Positions 40,422 to 51,718 of a stretch of 64,000 nucleotides of DNA are shown here, in pieces. The translations under genes and the position numbers were made by a program. The DNA lies in the NCBI GenBank assembly GCA_965214605.1, contig OZ243961.1, positions 2,176,001-2,240,000 of the forward strand, written 5' to 3'. Every line of letters starts with the position of its first letter. Position 1 is the first letter of the stretch. The DNA comes from an uncultured Candidatus Binatia bacterium (lineage in GTDB: Bacteria; Desulfobacterota; Binatia; Bin18). The notes under the pieces are model-generated. The model saw nothing but the letters and a program-made list of their open reading frames with translations, ran no database searches and was not told the origin of the DNA.

Positions 40422-40990
40422 ATGCCGAGGATGAAAATACTCAGCACCATCGAACAAGAGACCTTTGACACACCGCCGCTGTTCAATAGCGCCCAGCGCA
40501 AGCAGTATTTTGATGCCTCGCTGCAAATCCAACAGATTGCCAATGGGTTACGCACACCGATCAATCGGTTGTATTTTCTACTGAGCCGCGATTATTTCAA
40601 AGCGACCAAGCGCTTTTTTCCAGCGCGGACATTTCACTCACGCGATATTGAATATGTCGCCTCCCGAGACGGGCTTGCGTTTGTTGAACTCGCCCTCAGC
40701 CAAGCAGAAAAACAGGAACAAGAAACCGCCGAGGGCTGCAAACGATTGATCAAAAACTGTATCACCTGCTGGAATTATCTGTACCTGAGTCAGAAACTGA
40801 CCGAAGCCAAAGAGGAGGAAAAACGACAAATCCTACTTCACGCCATCGCTAACGGTTCCGTGGTGTCCTGACAGCACTTCAACCTGCTTGGCGAGTCCGA
40901 TTTCTCGGAAGAAAAACTGCAGGATTCCGTCGGAATTAAGCCCCCAAAGTTGACCACTTCAATCAGCATGAATCTTGGGAGGCGTAAAAA
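40422..40990 (+). mobile_element. Internally deleted Tn3-family transposase remnant
   Basis: N-terminus MPRMKILS...FDTPPLF...YFKATKRFF joined directly to the C-terminal tail CKRLIKNCITCWNYLYLSQ...*QHFNLLGESDFS. Confidence 0.8.
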
Positions 40991-41195
40991 TAAGTCGGGG
41001 CACCATCGAAAGCGGCCATTTGCCGAAGCAGTGCGGACTCGCAATGGCGACAGCGGTCTGCTTCGGGCCCACTTCAGACCTCATTGATAGTCGCAGCATC
41101 CTTTGCGACGGGTGGTGGGAGAGCTACAGGGGAATATTTGGCGGTAGGGGCGTACCGTAAAAAATTTTTCCGTTGCTCAGAAAAGGCCTAGTGGC

Positions 41196-41687
41196 CTACT
41201 CCGTCAAGTTTGCCACCCTTTGGGTAAGAGCTTCATTCGCTCTGGAATAGGCAGGCTCAATCCAATCGGAATTCCAGAACCAGAGGAACGCGCCACGATC
41301 GACCTCGTGCTGCGTGACTTTCGTTCCGCCATCGACAGGCTCCAGCAGCCAGCGGTGGTCGAATGTGATGATGCCGTGCATGCCGCCGGTTTGGCGCAGT
41401 TCCCGGTTGGGCGTGAGTGTTCTCACGGTGGTCGTCATCTCAAGGATCTTACCCGTGGGCTCTTTTACCTTGCTTGGCAATTTGGCACCAACTTCGTATT
41501 GGCCATCGACCTGGACGACAGTCGGATTCCAGTCCGGGTAGCTTTCGGTATCCATCAAGACAGCCCAGACATCCTCCGGCGGGGCCGGAATGATGATCTC
41601 AACATGGAAGGTCTTGGTCGTCAGCAGCGAAGCGACTGCAAGCACAACAACGATCGGCAAGCCGAACTTCAAGATTGTCCAAAACAT
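41196..41687 (-). CDS. SRPBCC/START-like domain protein with N-terminal TM
   Basis: IPAPPEDVWAVLMDTESYPDWNP, GGTKVTQHE. Confidence 0.85.
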   Translation of the reverse strand: MFWTILKFGLPIVVVLAVASLLTTKTFHVEIIIPAPPEDVWAVLMDTESYPDWNPTVVQVDGQYEVGAKLPSKVKEPTGKILEMTTTVRTLTPNRELRQTGGMHGIITFDHRWLLEPVDGGTKVTQHEVDRGAFLWFWNSDWIEPAYSRANEALTQRVANLTE

Positions 41688-41730
41688 GGATCAGTCCCCG
41701 GTATATGTTTGGTGCTGCCGGATTGGCTCG

Positions 41731-42297
41731 TCATTTGGTCACACCAGCTGCAGCCAAGCAGAGATGCTTGAGTGTTTCGAGCTGTCGGAGCAGGTGTTCC
41801 CGATCGCTCGCATACCGCTTAGCCGCTGAAGCCGAACGTTGAACGAAATCTGCCAAGTCGGTCGCCGAAAGACCGGACCGTGTGAGTACTGTCTCATGGG
41901 AAGACAGAATTTTTTCGATGACTGCACTGAAACTTTTTGAAGCACGCTCCAGCTCTTTGCGGCTGCTTGCGTCAAAGCCCTCGACAATGTCTTCTGCATT
42001 GGGAGTAGCTCGAACCATGTCGAAACCTACCACAACCATCTTGTCGAAAACAAGGTCGAGCTGCGCGCTCAAACCATTCGTGGCCTCAAGCCCGGTTTCG
42101 ACCTCGGCGATTGCATTTTCGGTATAGAGCTGGATGTGGGCCCGCAGGATCTCATCCTTGTTGCTGAAGGCGTTGTAGAGGGTTTGCCTTGAAATGCCAG
42201 CCTCGTTGGCCAGGTCGCCCATGCTCGTGCGTTTGACACCGTAGCGCGAAAACAAGCGCATCGCAGCGTCGAGAATATTTTTTTCTTTCTCGTGCAT
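41731..42297 (-). CDS. TetR/AcrR family regulator
   Basis: ILDAAMRLFSRYGVKRTSMGDLANEAGISRQTLYNAFSNKDEI. Confidence 0.92.
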   Translation of the reverse strand: MHEKEKNILDAAMRLFSRYGVKRTSMGDLANEAGISRQTLYNAFSNKDEILRAHIQLYTENAIAEVETGLEATNGLSAQLDLVFDKMVVVGFDMVRATPNAEDIVEGFDASSRKELERASKSFSAVIEKILSSHETVLTRSGLSATDLADFVQRSASAAKRYASDREHLLRQLETLKHLCLAAAGVTK

Positions 42298-42306
42298 TTT
42301 TACATA

Positions 42307-42360
42307 TTGACAAAAATAGTTCATAGGTCAAGATATTGACAATCATACTGATATTGTACA
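42307..42360. promoter_or_regulatory. Tandem palindromic operator candidates between tetR and the divergent hydrolase
   Basis: TTGAC-N15-GTCAA (42307-42331) and TTGAC-N15-GTACA (42336-42360). Confidence 0.6.
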
Positions 42361-42403
42361 CTTGTCGGACCTCGAATGACTACTGACCACAGGAGAAACG
42401 AAG

Positions 42404-43377
42404 ATGAATGAAGAGCAGGCAAGACAAATCGTAAATGCCGCTGTCCAAGGATTGGCACTACAGAATCTTCCCAGAACACCCATTCTGTATCGGCCGAGTG
42501 ATTATGACATGTCTTACGAAGATGTGTTTTTTCACGCCATAGACGGGACGGTTCTGGAAGGCTGGTTCATACCGTCCGAATCCGACAACTTGATTATCTG
42601 CAATCATTTTGGCACCGCTAATCGCTCAGGTTTTTCTGGTGGAGAATCCGAGTTTTGGAAGCAACGAGGTGTCGCAATAAACTTTCTGCCAAAATATAAG
42701 GCGCTCCATGATGCGGGATACAATATGCTCGCTTACGACCTGCGTGGCCATGGCCTCAGTGCGCCCAGGACCCTACCCCAGTGTGGGTCTTGGCAAGCTT
42801 GAATATCGCGATGTGATCGGCTCACTGCGATACGCACAAGCACGCAACGGCCCATATGCAAGTTTCTCTGCTGAGCATGTGCTCCGGCGCCGTCTCCACA
42901 ATCATCGCCATGGAGAAACATCCCGAAGAATTTGAACATGTAAAATCCATGATTGCACTTCAACCGCTTTCAGCGAAGCCGGGCGTGGACGCAGGAATGC
43001 AAAATGGATTGGAATTATTCGACGAAGCATTTCGACAGCTAACGGGATGTAGAGTGAGCGACTTCGCTATGCCGGCATCTGCAAAATCGATACGCGTTCC
43101 AACGTTTCTCGTTCAGGTACGTGATGACGTGATGACAAAACCATAGGACATGCAGTCGGTTTACGACACCATGCCGATTGAAGACAAAAAACTGTTTTGG
43201 ATTGAAGGGACAACCGTACGTGAGGAGGCATACAGATATTTCCCTGAGCATCCCGAGCAAATGCTCCAGTGGTACGCCGCGCCCATGAAGACGTCGCTGA
43301 CGCTGCAAGGAGGTCCCTATGCAAGACTTCACGGACAAAGTAGTGGGGAGAACAGCGGCGCGAGAATGCTCCCCTGA
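42404..43377 (+). pseudogene. Frameshifted alpha/beta hydrolase
   Basis: YEDVFF..DG..LEGWFIP, YDLRGHGLS; split over several frames, with an in-frame TAG at 43144. Confidence 0.8.
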
Positions 43378-43390
43378 AGCGCCTGGTTGC

Positions 43391-43470
43391 TCGGAAAAAA
43401 AGCGGCCGGATGCCGTCGGAATCAAGCCCCCAAAATTGCCGAGTGAGATCCGCTTGAATGTTGGGGAGCG
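43391..43470 (+). mobile_element. Second copy of the Tn3 transposase 3' tail
   Basis: SEKKRPDAVGIKPPKL matches SEEKLQDSVGIKPPKL at ~40905-40955. Confidence 0.7.
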
Positions 43471-43794
43471 GACAATGATCAAAAACGCTTTTCCGGCTTC
43501 TCCTCGCGGAAGTGCCTGATGTTCCGGCATGGGTTCGAGCCGGCCGGCCTCATGCTCTCTATCTCCGCCAGGGTGAACATGCGCGACGGCGTTCGCTCCT
43601 TTTCCTAGCACCCTGCCGGGACCGCCGCGCCGAGAGACGGATCAGCTGGAAAAATGACTCATGGGAAAAGCAGGGATGGCCAGCAACAGGGACAAGTCGG
43701 ACCGCCGGGAAGCACGCCATTGACTCCGCTTCGGCTGAATCCTGAACTCAAGACCCTGTGTGAGGAGGTATGAGCGCTACGGAAGACGACTCAC

Positions 43795-44881
43795 TCACGT
43801 TCGTGACCCCTCATCATCGCGCTTCGATAGGTTTCTTCCCGCCCTTTCGGACAAATTCCCATTCAGTAGGGCCCCTCGGTTGGCCCGAACGAAATCTGCG
43901 TAAACTCCCAGGACCGACTTCGCTTCTCTACTGAGCCTTTGGATTTTCTTCGGATCCACATGATGGGCGCACGCATCTAGCTCCTTGGCTACGTCAACCA
44001 AGACCCGAGCATTGTGTTCCTTGGTGAAATACTCAGCGATAATATCGGCGCGGAGATCCTGGAATCTCTTGTCCATGGCCGCTTCGGCTTGCTTTGAGAT
44101 GACGCGGCCGTTTTCCAGGCTCCTTGCTATGATGTCGAGCACCGCTTTGAGACTATTCTGGACTCGTGCATCGCCCGCATCGCCATAGGTCACTCCGTCC
44201 TGAATAGTGCGGTGAGGTGATTGCGGATCGTCATACACGACGCGTTCAAGTGCACTGTCGAGAGCAATGCAGGCAAGGGCGGCTGTGAAGTACGCGCCGC
44301 GGAGCGCCTGTTCCTTGCAATAAGGCCTTGCTTCGGCCCGTTCTGCAAAAAAATTAAATCCTGTCATTGCCTTATTAAAGGCGGGGTAGCCCTGTAAGCT
44401 AATGAGAGCTGACTTAGCGTCAGTGATGCGCCTCAGCCAGTCACCGTCCTCCTTATGGCGCTTGTACTTTTTAATGATTGTTAGTGAACTCCTCAAGCGT
44501 CATACGGTCTCTCGTGTCGAGATTTTTCTTGATCCGGGTCAGAAAAGCTTTGGTCAGGACTGCGACGTTCTGTTGGCGTGCGAATCTGGCGATCTTCGAC
44601 CCGTCATTAGTTGTAGCTACAACAGCTCTATTGCATCCCAAGGCAAGCTGTATTCCACGCATCCACAGGATTCGTTCAAACGCTCTGGGAGATCGCCTAT
44701 TCTTGACATCTATAACGATGCGGGTCTGGACACTTGAGGATTGTCGGCCGTAGAGCCATACGTCGATATCGGTAACTTGCTCATCCTCGTGTTTGTACGC
44801 GGCGCTTCTCAGTGCGAAGAAGCCTTGGTGAGCAAAGTATGCCCGCACGAGTTCCTCCAAATCTGAGCCTTTTCGTGTCAT
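43795..44881 (-). pseudogene. PD-(D/E)xK (Mrr-like) nuclease with C-terminal helical domain, frameshifted near 44480
   Basis: KGSDLEELV...TDIDVW...IDVKN; continues in another frame. Confidence 0.65.
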
Positions 44882-44882
44882 A

Positions 44883-45477
44883 TCACCCTCCGCTCCGTAG
44901 TCGGTCTAGCATCTCACCGACAAAATGCTTATCCGAAGGACTATCCTTTTTCCGGCCCTCGACTCTGACCTCACGCGGTCCCTCGAAAGCAGTTGCCGCT
45001 GATTCAGCGAGCAGCAAGGCCTCCTGCGCCGCCACGTACGATTGTGAGAGCCAATTCGCCGACATCTTTTTTTAGCAGATGGAATGTATAGCGATCATGA
45101 TCTGTCCGAGCCACTTGTACGACCTGTCGCCTCTCAAGCTCTCGGTAGTCCTCACCGATGGCGGCCACACCTGGGCCACCAACCTCATGTCCAGCAATTA
45201 AGGCTCTCAGGAGAGAGCATCTGGAAGAGTAATTTTTCCTCAGGCGTCTATCGTTGCGAGTGCGCCCATACGTTAAGGACGCAAGCAATGCCTTTGCATC
45301 GTCTATGGGATCTTCCTCAAAAGGCCGGTGGTATTTCTGGAAATCGTCGGGCGACATAACATAGCCGACCGCCTCCTTGGAGTTACTCACCTCCATTCGG
45401 TCGAACAAGCCCACGCTGACCAAGCGGCGGTATAGGTCTCTACCGAGCAGTTTCTCGACCTCTTCTTCATGCAACAC
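44883..45477 (-). pseudogene. 5'-truncated, frameshifted partner gene of the Mrr-like nuclease
   Basis: Protein-like fragments (DDAKALLASLTYG, AIGEDYRELE, LLKKDVGELAL) ending 1 bp before the nuclease start. Confidence 0.5.
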
Positions 45478-45502
45478 TCCGTTTTGTGTCAGCTTTTAAG
45501 GT

Positions 45503-45796
45503 ATGGGAATCGCTTTCGCGGTCGTCAACGCCAAAGGTGGGGTCGGCAAAACGACAAGTGCGGTCAATATCGCGGCCATGGCTGCGGCTATTCCCAAGCC
45601 GGACGGCTCAAAACGACGCGTCTTAGTCTGCGATATGGATCAACAGATGAATCCCACGCAGCAATTATTGGGGGGAAGAGAAATCGAGGCCACGGATACC
45701 CTCGCCTCCCATGTCACGCGTAATGCGGGTCTGGAGAAGATTATCCTCCACGATGGTGCTTTTATTGAGACGGCCCGAGAGTATTTTAACCGGTGA
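45503..45796 (+). pseudogene. Truncated ParA ATPase (N-terminal part)
   Basis: [21 protein letters not shown]; stops after 97 aa. Confidence 0.8.
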
Positions 45797-46446
45797 CCGC
45801 ACGGGGGTTTCGTTCCAGGCGGGGTGGTCGGGACTCACACCGCTGCCCGGCCCCGGCGCTTTAGACCGGATTGTGCACGGCCAGCTTATCCCGAGCAACC
45901 CATCAAGCGCAGTCCGTCGCTCTAAGAAGGCATCACAAAATCTCTTCAAATTCTTGACTTTTGTCTTTCTATTTGCTATAGTTCTGAACTTCACCGCCGA
46001 CTTCAGTATACCAACAAAGACTGAAGCTCACCACAATACAGCCCAAGCACTGTCGGCTCTATATTCGCTCCAGCCCTTGAAACCCTCTTTGAGGTGGCCC
46101 AGCGTTCGCTCGAAAATAACGCGGAGTATCAGCAGGAAGCGAGCAGGAGGCGGATCAATTCTCTCAAGCCACTGATTTGCTCTCTCGCCGCTATGTTGAC
46201 TGGACGCAGCGCGGCTTACGAATTTTTCTTCGCTTGCAAGGACGTGAAGAGAGAAAAGTGGGCAGTGGGCTGCTGAAAACAGTGCGGGAGAGGCAAGCCA
46301 CTGAGCTGACCGTCCGTTCTTACGTAGATGAAATTTTAGAGAGAGAAGGAGGTGCAGAGCCGCGACCATCAGCATGACTATCTACTCGGAAGGAAGCCCA
46401 AGGTCCCAGATTTGACGCCTTGTCGCTAGAGGGAGATACAATACTT

Positions 46447-46728
46447 ATGGTGAAGTCTTTTAAGAATAGCGCGCTCAAAAAACTTTACGAAACGGGTGAG
46501 ACACGGAGGCTCCCCTCGCAACACATCCGCCAATTGAGAGATATCCTGACCGCGCTTGATCACAGCCGGAGCCAGGCGGATATGGCGGCCCTCCCGGGAT
46601 TTGGGCTTCATCCACTGAAAGGCAATCGGTGCGGTTATTATGCGGTGAAGGTATCGCGCAATTGGCGGGTGACGTTCCGGTTTGCGGAGGAGCACGCGGC
46701 CGATGTCGACTACATTGACTATCACTAA
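46447..46728 (+). CDS. higB: HigB/RelE-family toxin
   Basis: KSFKNSALKKLYE, LHPLKG, VSRNWRVTFRF, DVDYIDYH. Confidence 0.92.
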   Translation: MVKSFKNSALKKLYETGETRRLPSQHIRQLRDILTALDHSRSQADMAALPGFGLHPLKGNRCGYYAVKVSRNWRVTFRFAEEHAADVDYIDYH

Positions 46729-46759
46729 GAAAATAGAGAAGAGGAGAAAGAGATAAGGC

Positions 46760-46890
46760 GGGCGCCTGGCAAAAGTCGGCCTCTCAGTCCGAGATGGCCC
46801 TCCGGCTCTTGAAAGCGCGCGGATGGTCTCTGCTCTCTGTCGGCCCGGCCCATGACGAGCACCTCAGGATTGAGAAGTTCACGGCGATCT
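46760..46890 (+). pseudogene. Decayed HigA copy
   Basis: DNA similarity to 47440-47595 (GAGATGGCC.TCCGGCTCT.GAAAGCG; CTCAGG.TTGAGAAGTTCACGGCG). Confidence 0.75.
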
Positions 46891-47086
46891 CGCTTGAGGG
46901 CATGGCGGCTCGCCGAGAAGCCTGGCGCCTTCCCCTCAAACAGTAAAGCCAATATCGACCGCGAAACGCTCGCCCCCTGCGTCGTGCCCTACCCGTCCAA
47001 GGTCAATGGGGCACTTGGCAGATCGACTTCCTCGATCTGACACAGACACCCACGTCAGGGGGGAGGTCCAAGAGCAGATTTGACGC

Positions 47087-47116
47087 CTTGTCGCTTGACA
47101 GGTGACGGGCGACAAG
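47087..47116. promoter_or_regulatory. Palindromic operator upstream of the second higBA copy
   Basis: CTTGTCGC-N14-GCGACAAG containing TTGACA. Confidence 0.55.
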
Positions 47117-47174
47117 TTAGCGTCTTAGTATTATCGCTTCTTACAGCCTGCAAGAGCACGAAGACATGGGACTG

Positions 47175-47300
47175 ACGGAGAAGTCTTTTGAGAAGAGTTT
47201 GCTCGAAAAATTCTAGGAAGAACGGGCGAGCCCGCAGAGGCGGCCTCTGCAACGCCGCTGGAAGCGGAGAGAGGTCCTGGTCACGCTCGGCCGAGACAAA
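47175..47300 (+). pseudogene. Decayed HigB copy
   Basis: GAAGTCTTTTGAGAAGAGTTTGCTCGAAAAATTC resembles the higB 5' end GAAGTCTTTTAAGAATAGCGCGCTCAAAAAACTT. Confidence 0.65.
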
Positions 47301-47316
47301 CAGAGAGGAAGAGTCC

Positions 47317-47598
47317 ATGTACGATCCTCCCCACCCAGGCGGAGTGGTGAGACGGCAGTGTCTTGAGCCGCTGGCCCTTTCTGTGACACGGGCGGCTCAA
47401 GGACTCGGAGTGACGCGCCAAGCGTTGTCGGATCTGGTCAATGAAAAAGCCGGGATCTCGGTCGAGATGGCCTTCCGGCTCTCGAAAGCGTTCGGGGCGA
47501 GCCCGGAGATGTGGCTGGGGATGCAGATGGCCTATGATCTCTGGCAGGCCCGGGACCGGGGCGAGCAACTCAGGGTTGAGAAGTTCACGGCGGCCTAG
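47317..47598 (+). CDS. higA: HigA family antitoxin
   Basis: PPHPGGVV, HTH LGVTRQALSDLVN, ISVEMAFRLSKAFG..PEMWLGMQMAYDLW. Confidence 0.92.
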   Translation: MYDPPHPGGVVRRQCLEPLALSVTRAAQGLGVTRQALSDLVNEKAGISVEMAFRLSKAFGASPEMWLGMQMAYDLWQARDRGEQLRVEKFTAA

Positions 47599-47814
47599 GA
47601 CGAACAGCGCAGGCCGCAGCGGAACACGCCTCCCTCCGGAGGGCACTGGCTCCGCAGACTCGTGCTCCGTGTCGTGCGCCGGGGCGGCGGGGGCCTATTT
47701 TCGCGGGCAATTGCAGGCGCGCGCGGGCGAGATATAGAGTCGTTTCTGCTGGATTCCCCAAGAGGGGCGTGATAGACAGTCCTTGATCCCCCAAAAAGAC
47801 TGTATGCCGACACC

Positions 47815-48334
47815 ATGCCTGCAAAACGCCCCATCGACATTCTGACCCCTAAGGAAGTGCTGACCTTGAACCGTGACGACTTCCGGCTGAGCAAGCCCTA
47901 TGAACGGCGCGCTTACGAGAGAGCCCGCAAGCCTTGTGGCCGCAACAAGGAAGGGAAAATGGACCTTGAACTGCTGCGCAAGAAAATGGGCGCGACCAGC
48001 CCACTCAAGAAATTCCGCTTTTTCCTCAAAGACTTGTCAGACAGCGACCATCTGCCGGACGACACGGTCGAATTGACCGAAGCCGATCAAGTGATCTTCC
48101 GAAACTGCGAAATGTGGTGGAAAACCGAAGCCGACGAGGACGCCCCGCCCCGTGCTCTCTACCGAAGCCGACGAGCGCGCCAAGAAATACACAGGCCGCG
48201 AGAGCGTTTATGCATGGGAGCAGGACTGGATTCAATTCTGGCGTGATTCCGGCTGCCCTACCCTCAAGCGCGCGGACGCCGCCTTTATCGGCTTCTGCAA
48301 ATCGCGCGTTGTCCGGCTTGGTAGGAAAGCGTGA
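47815..48334 (+). pseudogene. Plasmid replication initiator (RPA family) C-terminal remnant
   Basis: VLTLNRDDFRLSKPYERRAYERARKPCG...KKMGATSPLKKFR...DHLPD; frameshift near 48150. Confidence 0.75.
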
Positions 48335-48388
48335 TATCCGGCTCTCCTGCTAACCGGACCTGATAGCATGAAAACAGGGTAGCAGGGT

Positions 48389-48950
48389 ATGCCGTACAAA
48401 ATCGCCGATCTGGACACGCAGCAAAGCACCAGCGTGCATTGGGCTGGGCGGCGCGCTGAGAACGCCATCACGCCGGAAGTACGCGCCAAGGCCTTCAAGT
48501 CAGTGGATCCCGTGCTCAAAGACGTGGAGAGGTTCGACCTCTCCATTTTCGACGGGGCGCGGCACTCGTCAGCCGAAACGCGGCAGGCCTGTCAAGCCGC
48601 CGATTTGGTCATCATTCCAACGAGCGAAGGCCTCGCCGACCTACAGCCCTCGGTAATCCTCGCGAATAACCTTCTGAAAGCGGAGATTCCGGTCGAAAGA
48701 ATCGCCTTCGCGTCTGCATCACATCGGACTCGGCGCGCGAGATCGCAGGAGCGCGCGCCTATCTCGGCAAGACGCCATGCACCGTGCTCGCCGGCGAAAT
48801 CCCGTTCCGCTCAGCGTTCAAAACCGCAATGGATCAGGGGAAGGCAATTACGGAAACGTCTTTCCCGACCCTGCGAAAACGCGCCGATGCGAGGGCGCAG
48901 AACATCATTGACGCGGTCGCCGCTGCCGCGAACAGAGAGGGAGCGTGATG
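48389..48950 (+). pseudogene. ParA-family remnant lacking Walker A, frameshifted
   Basis: [27 protein letters not shown]. Confidence 0.7.
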
Positions 48951-49243
48951 GCCGATATCATCACACTGAGAGCGAAAGCAGACAAAGGCGCGCCGCCACT
49001 GCCGGAGTGGCAGACGTATCTTGGAAGCTGAGATCAGACGGAGGCTCCCGAACGTCATCGCACAATAAACGGGCTTGTCCGACCGCGGGGCAGGCGTGGG
49101 CCACTATTTTTGGCTTGGCTCGACACGAACCGTCGAACAGGTGGGGGAAGGACAGGCGCGGGGAAGATTGTATAGAATTCCCGAGCTTGAGGGTTGCTTA
49201 TCATGGCACCTCGAGGAAAGTCTGCAAGGAAGGGGGAGTGTCC

Positions 49244-50968
49244 ATGGCGCAGGATGTCCCGTATCCCGTAAAACCGGCCGCCTTGCCCGGCAGGGAGCCG
49301 GTCGAAGCAGCGCAAGCCGCGCTGGCCGAAGCCGGGAGCGCGCAGCGCGGGGCGATTTTTACGCGGCGCGAGATTACCGCGTTCATCCTCGATCTGGTCG
49401 GCTACACGGCCAACCGGCCCCTGCACGAGCGCCAGCTGCTGGAGCCCGCGGTCGGCGGCGGGGATTTCTTGCTGGTCGCGATTGAGCGGTTACTCATGGC
49501 CTGGCAGAAAACCCCGCGCCAAGATGATCCCGGTACGGCGTTGGCGGATGCCGTGCGCGGCGTCGAGCTGCACGGCCGCACCTTCGCGGTCACCTGCGAA
49601 AAGGTGCGCGCCACGGTCAAGGCGGCCGGGATTCCGGAGAAGGCGGCGACGACGCTCGCCGACCGTTGGCTCATCCATGCCGATTTCTTGCTGACTCCGC
49701 TCCCCTCCCCTTTCCATTACGTCGTCGGCAATCCGCCCTACGTCCGCCACGAACGGATCCCCCCCGCCCTCCTTGCTGCCTACCGGACGCGCTATACCAC
49801 CGTCTTTGATCGGGCCGATTTGTATGTCCCCTTTCTGGAACGCTCGCTCGGGTGTCTGGCCCCAGGCGGCCTGCTCGGCTTTATCTGCGCCGACCGCTGG
49901 ACGAAGAACCGCTATGGGGCCCCTTTGCGCCAACTGATTGCCGACCGGTTCCATCTCCGGACCTATATCGATATGGCCGAGACGACTGCTTTTCAGAGAC
50001 CGGTGAGCGCCTATCCGGCGATCATCATCATTGGCAACGAACAGCCGGGCCCAACCCGGGTAGCCCGGCGCCCCGCCATCCAAGCCGCCCCGCTCACAGC
50101 TCTCGGGCAGACCCTCTTGTCGAAAGCCCCCCCGGCTCCTGAGAGCGGGGTGCAGGAACTGCGTGGGGTCGCAGCGAGCGCGGCGCCCTGGATTCTGGAG
50201 TCCGGGGCGCCGCCGGCGCTGGCGCGCCGCCTGGAACAGCGCTTTCCGCCGCTTGAAGAGGCTGGCTGCAAGGTCGGAATCGGGGTGGCTACCGGAGCCG
50301 ATCAGGTCTTTATCGGGCAGTATGACACGCTTGACGTCGAACCGAGCCGCAAACTGCCCCTGGCCATGACCCGCGATATCGCGAGCGGCACCGTCCACTG
50401 GCGCGGTCGGGGCCTGGTTAATCCCTTTACGGAGGCAGGCCGGGTGGTCGATCTGAACGCCTACCCCCGGCTCAAAGCCTATCTGGAAGCGCGCAAGGAG
50501 CAGTTGAGCAAGCGCCACATTGCCAAGAAGGTGCCGGCCCACTGGTATCGTACCATCGATCGCATTCAGCCGGCGCTGGCTCGGCAGCCGAAATTACTGA
50601 TCCCCGATATTAAGGGCGACGCGCAGGTCGTCTATGAGGGCGGCCACCTCTATCCGCACCACAATTTGTATTTCATGACCAGCGCGGAATGGGATTTGCA
50701 CGCGTTGCAGGCGGTTCTGCGCGCCGGGCTGGCCCAGCTGTTCGTGTCGGTCTACTCGCCCCGTCTGCGGGGAGGATATCTGCGCTTTCAGGCCCAGTAC
50801 TTGCGCCGCATTCGGCTGCCGCGCTGGCAGGACGTCGAGGCCCGGCTGAAAACGACGCTCATCGCCGCCGCCCGGCGGGGCGATCTCGCGGGCGGTACGG
50901 TGGCCGTAGGCCGCTTGTACGGCCTCTCCAAAGAGGAAGAGCGCGTGCTCGGGCGGCATGGGAGATGA
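49244..50968 (+). CDS. N6-adenine DNA methyltransferase (PaeR7I/XhoI-like, Eco57I/TaqI class)
   Basis: [49 protein letters not shown]; GGGAG RBS. Confidence 0.88.
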   Translation: MAQDVPYPVKPAALPGREPVEAAQAALAEAGSAQRGAIFTRREITAFILDLVGYTANRPLHERQLLEPAVGGGDFLLVAIERLLMAWQKTPRQDDPGTALADAVRGVELHGRTFAVTCEKVRATVKAAGIPEKAATTLADRWLIHADFLLTPLPSPFHYVVGNPPYVRHERIPPALLAAYRTRYTTVFDRADLYVPFLERSLGCLAPGGLLGFICADRWTKNRYGAPLRQLIADRFHLRTYIDMAETTAFQRPVSAYPAIIIIGNEQPGPTRVARRPAIQAAPLTALGQTLLSKAPPAPESGVQELRGVAASAAPWILESGAPPALARRLEQRFPPLEEAGCKVGIGVATGADQVFIGQYDTLDVEPSRKLPLAMTRDIASGTVHWRGRGLVNPFTEAGRVVDLNAYPRLKAYLEARKEQLSKRHIAKKVPAHWYRTIDRIQPALARQPKLLIPDIKGDAQVVYEGGHLYPHHNLYFMTSAEWDLHALQAVLRAGLAQLFVSVYSPRLRGGYLRFQAQYLRRIRLPRWQDVEARLKTTLIAAARRGDLAGGTVAVGRLYGLSKEEERVLGRHGR

Positions 50969-50986
50969 ACGGGAGAAGCCAGGCGG

Positions 50987-51718
50987 ATGGCGGTGGCTCG
51001 AGCAGATTATGAGGAGCAGGCCCGGGCGGCCGTGCCAGCCTTTTGGGGGAGCCGGGACAAAGCGCGGCGGAAACAACTCGCCGGCGACCGGGCCGAGCGG
51101 GGCGCGGTCACCGGGGGCAAGACCCTGGACGGGTTTGTGGCCTGAGTGCGGGAGAGCGTCACCGCCAATGGGCTGGATCAGGCGCAGCTCCATCACCAGC
51201 AGCGGGTGGTGACGGTGCCCGGCTATTTTCGCCCAACCAAGCGCTGGGATTTGCTCGTGCTGAACGCCGGCCGCCTGATCGCAGCCCGGGAGTTCAAAAG
51301 CCAAGTCGGGCCGTCTTTTGGGAACAATGCCAATAATCGTGCCGAGGAAGCCATCGGCACGGCGCAGGACTTCTGGATCGCCTACCGGGCAGGCGCGTTT
51401 GGGGAACAGCCGCGCCCGTTCGGGGGCGGGCTCCTGCTTCTTGAAGAGGCCCCGCAATCCCGCACGCCGGTGCGCGAGCCGTCGCTGCATTTTCCCGTGT
51501 TCGAGGAGTTTCACAAGGCTTCCGACGATGCCGAGCGCTACCATATGCTGTGTCGTAAGCTCGTGCAGGAGCGGCTGTATACTGCTGCAGCGCTCCTGGT
51601 TTCGCCGCGCACGGCGGTGAAGACGAGCGCCTATACGGAACTGAGCGCCCTGACCGGTCTGCGGATGTTCGTGACCGAGCTGGCCGGCCATGTCGCTGCC
51701 GAAGCGGCAAGAGTCTGA
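50987..51718 (+). pseudogene. PaeR7I/XhoI-family restriction endonuclease with premature stop
   Basis: MAVARADYEEQ...GAVTGGKTLDGFVA, TGA at 51143-51145, same frame resumes: [11 protein letters not shown]...[23 protein letters not shown]. Confidence 0.85.

Noticed and set aside
48389-50968. 859-aa ORF as a genuine ParA-methyltransferase fusion
   Set aside because: The ParA part lacks Walker A and shifts frame near 48710, the middle is non-protein-like, and the MTase has its own RBS/ATG at 49244. This is accidental read-through.
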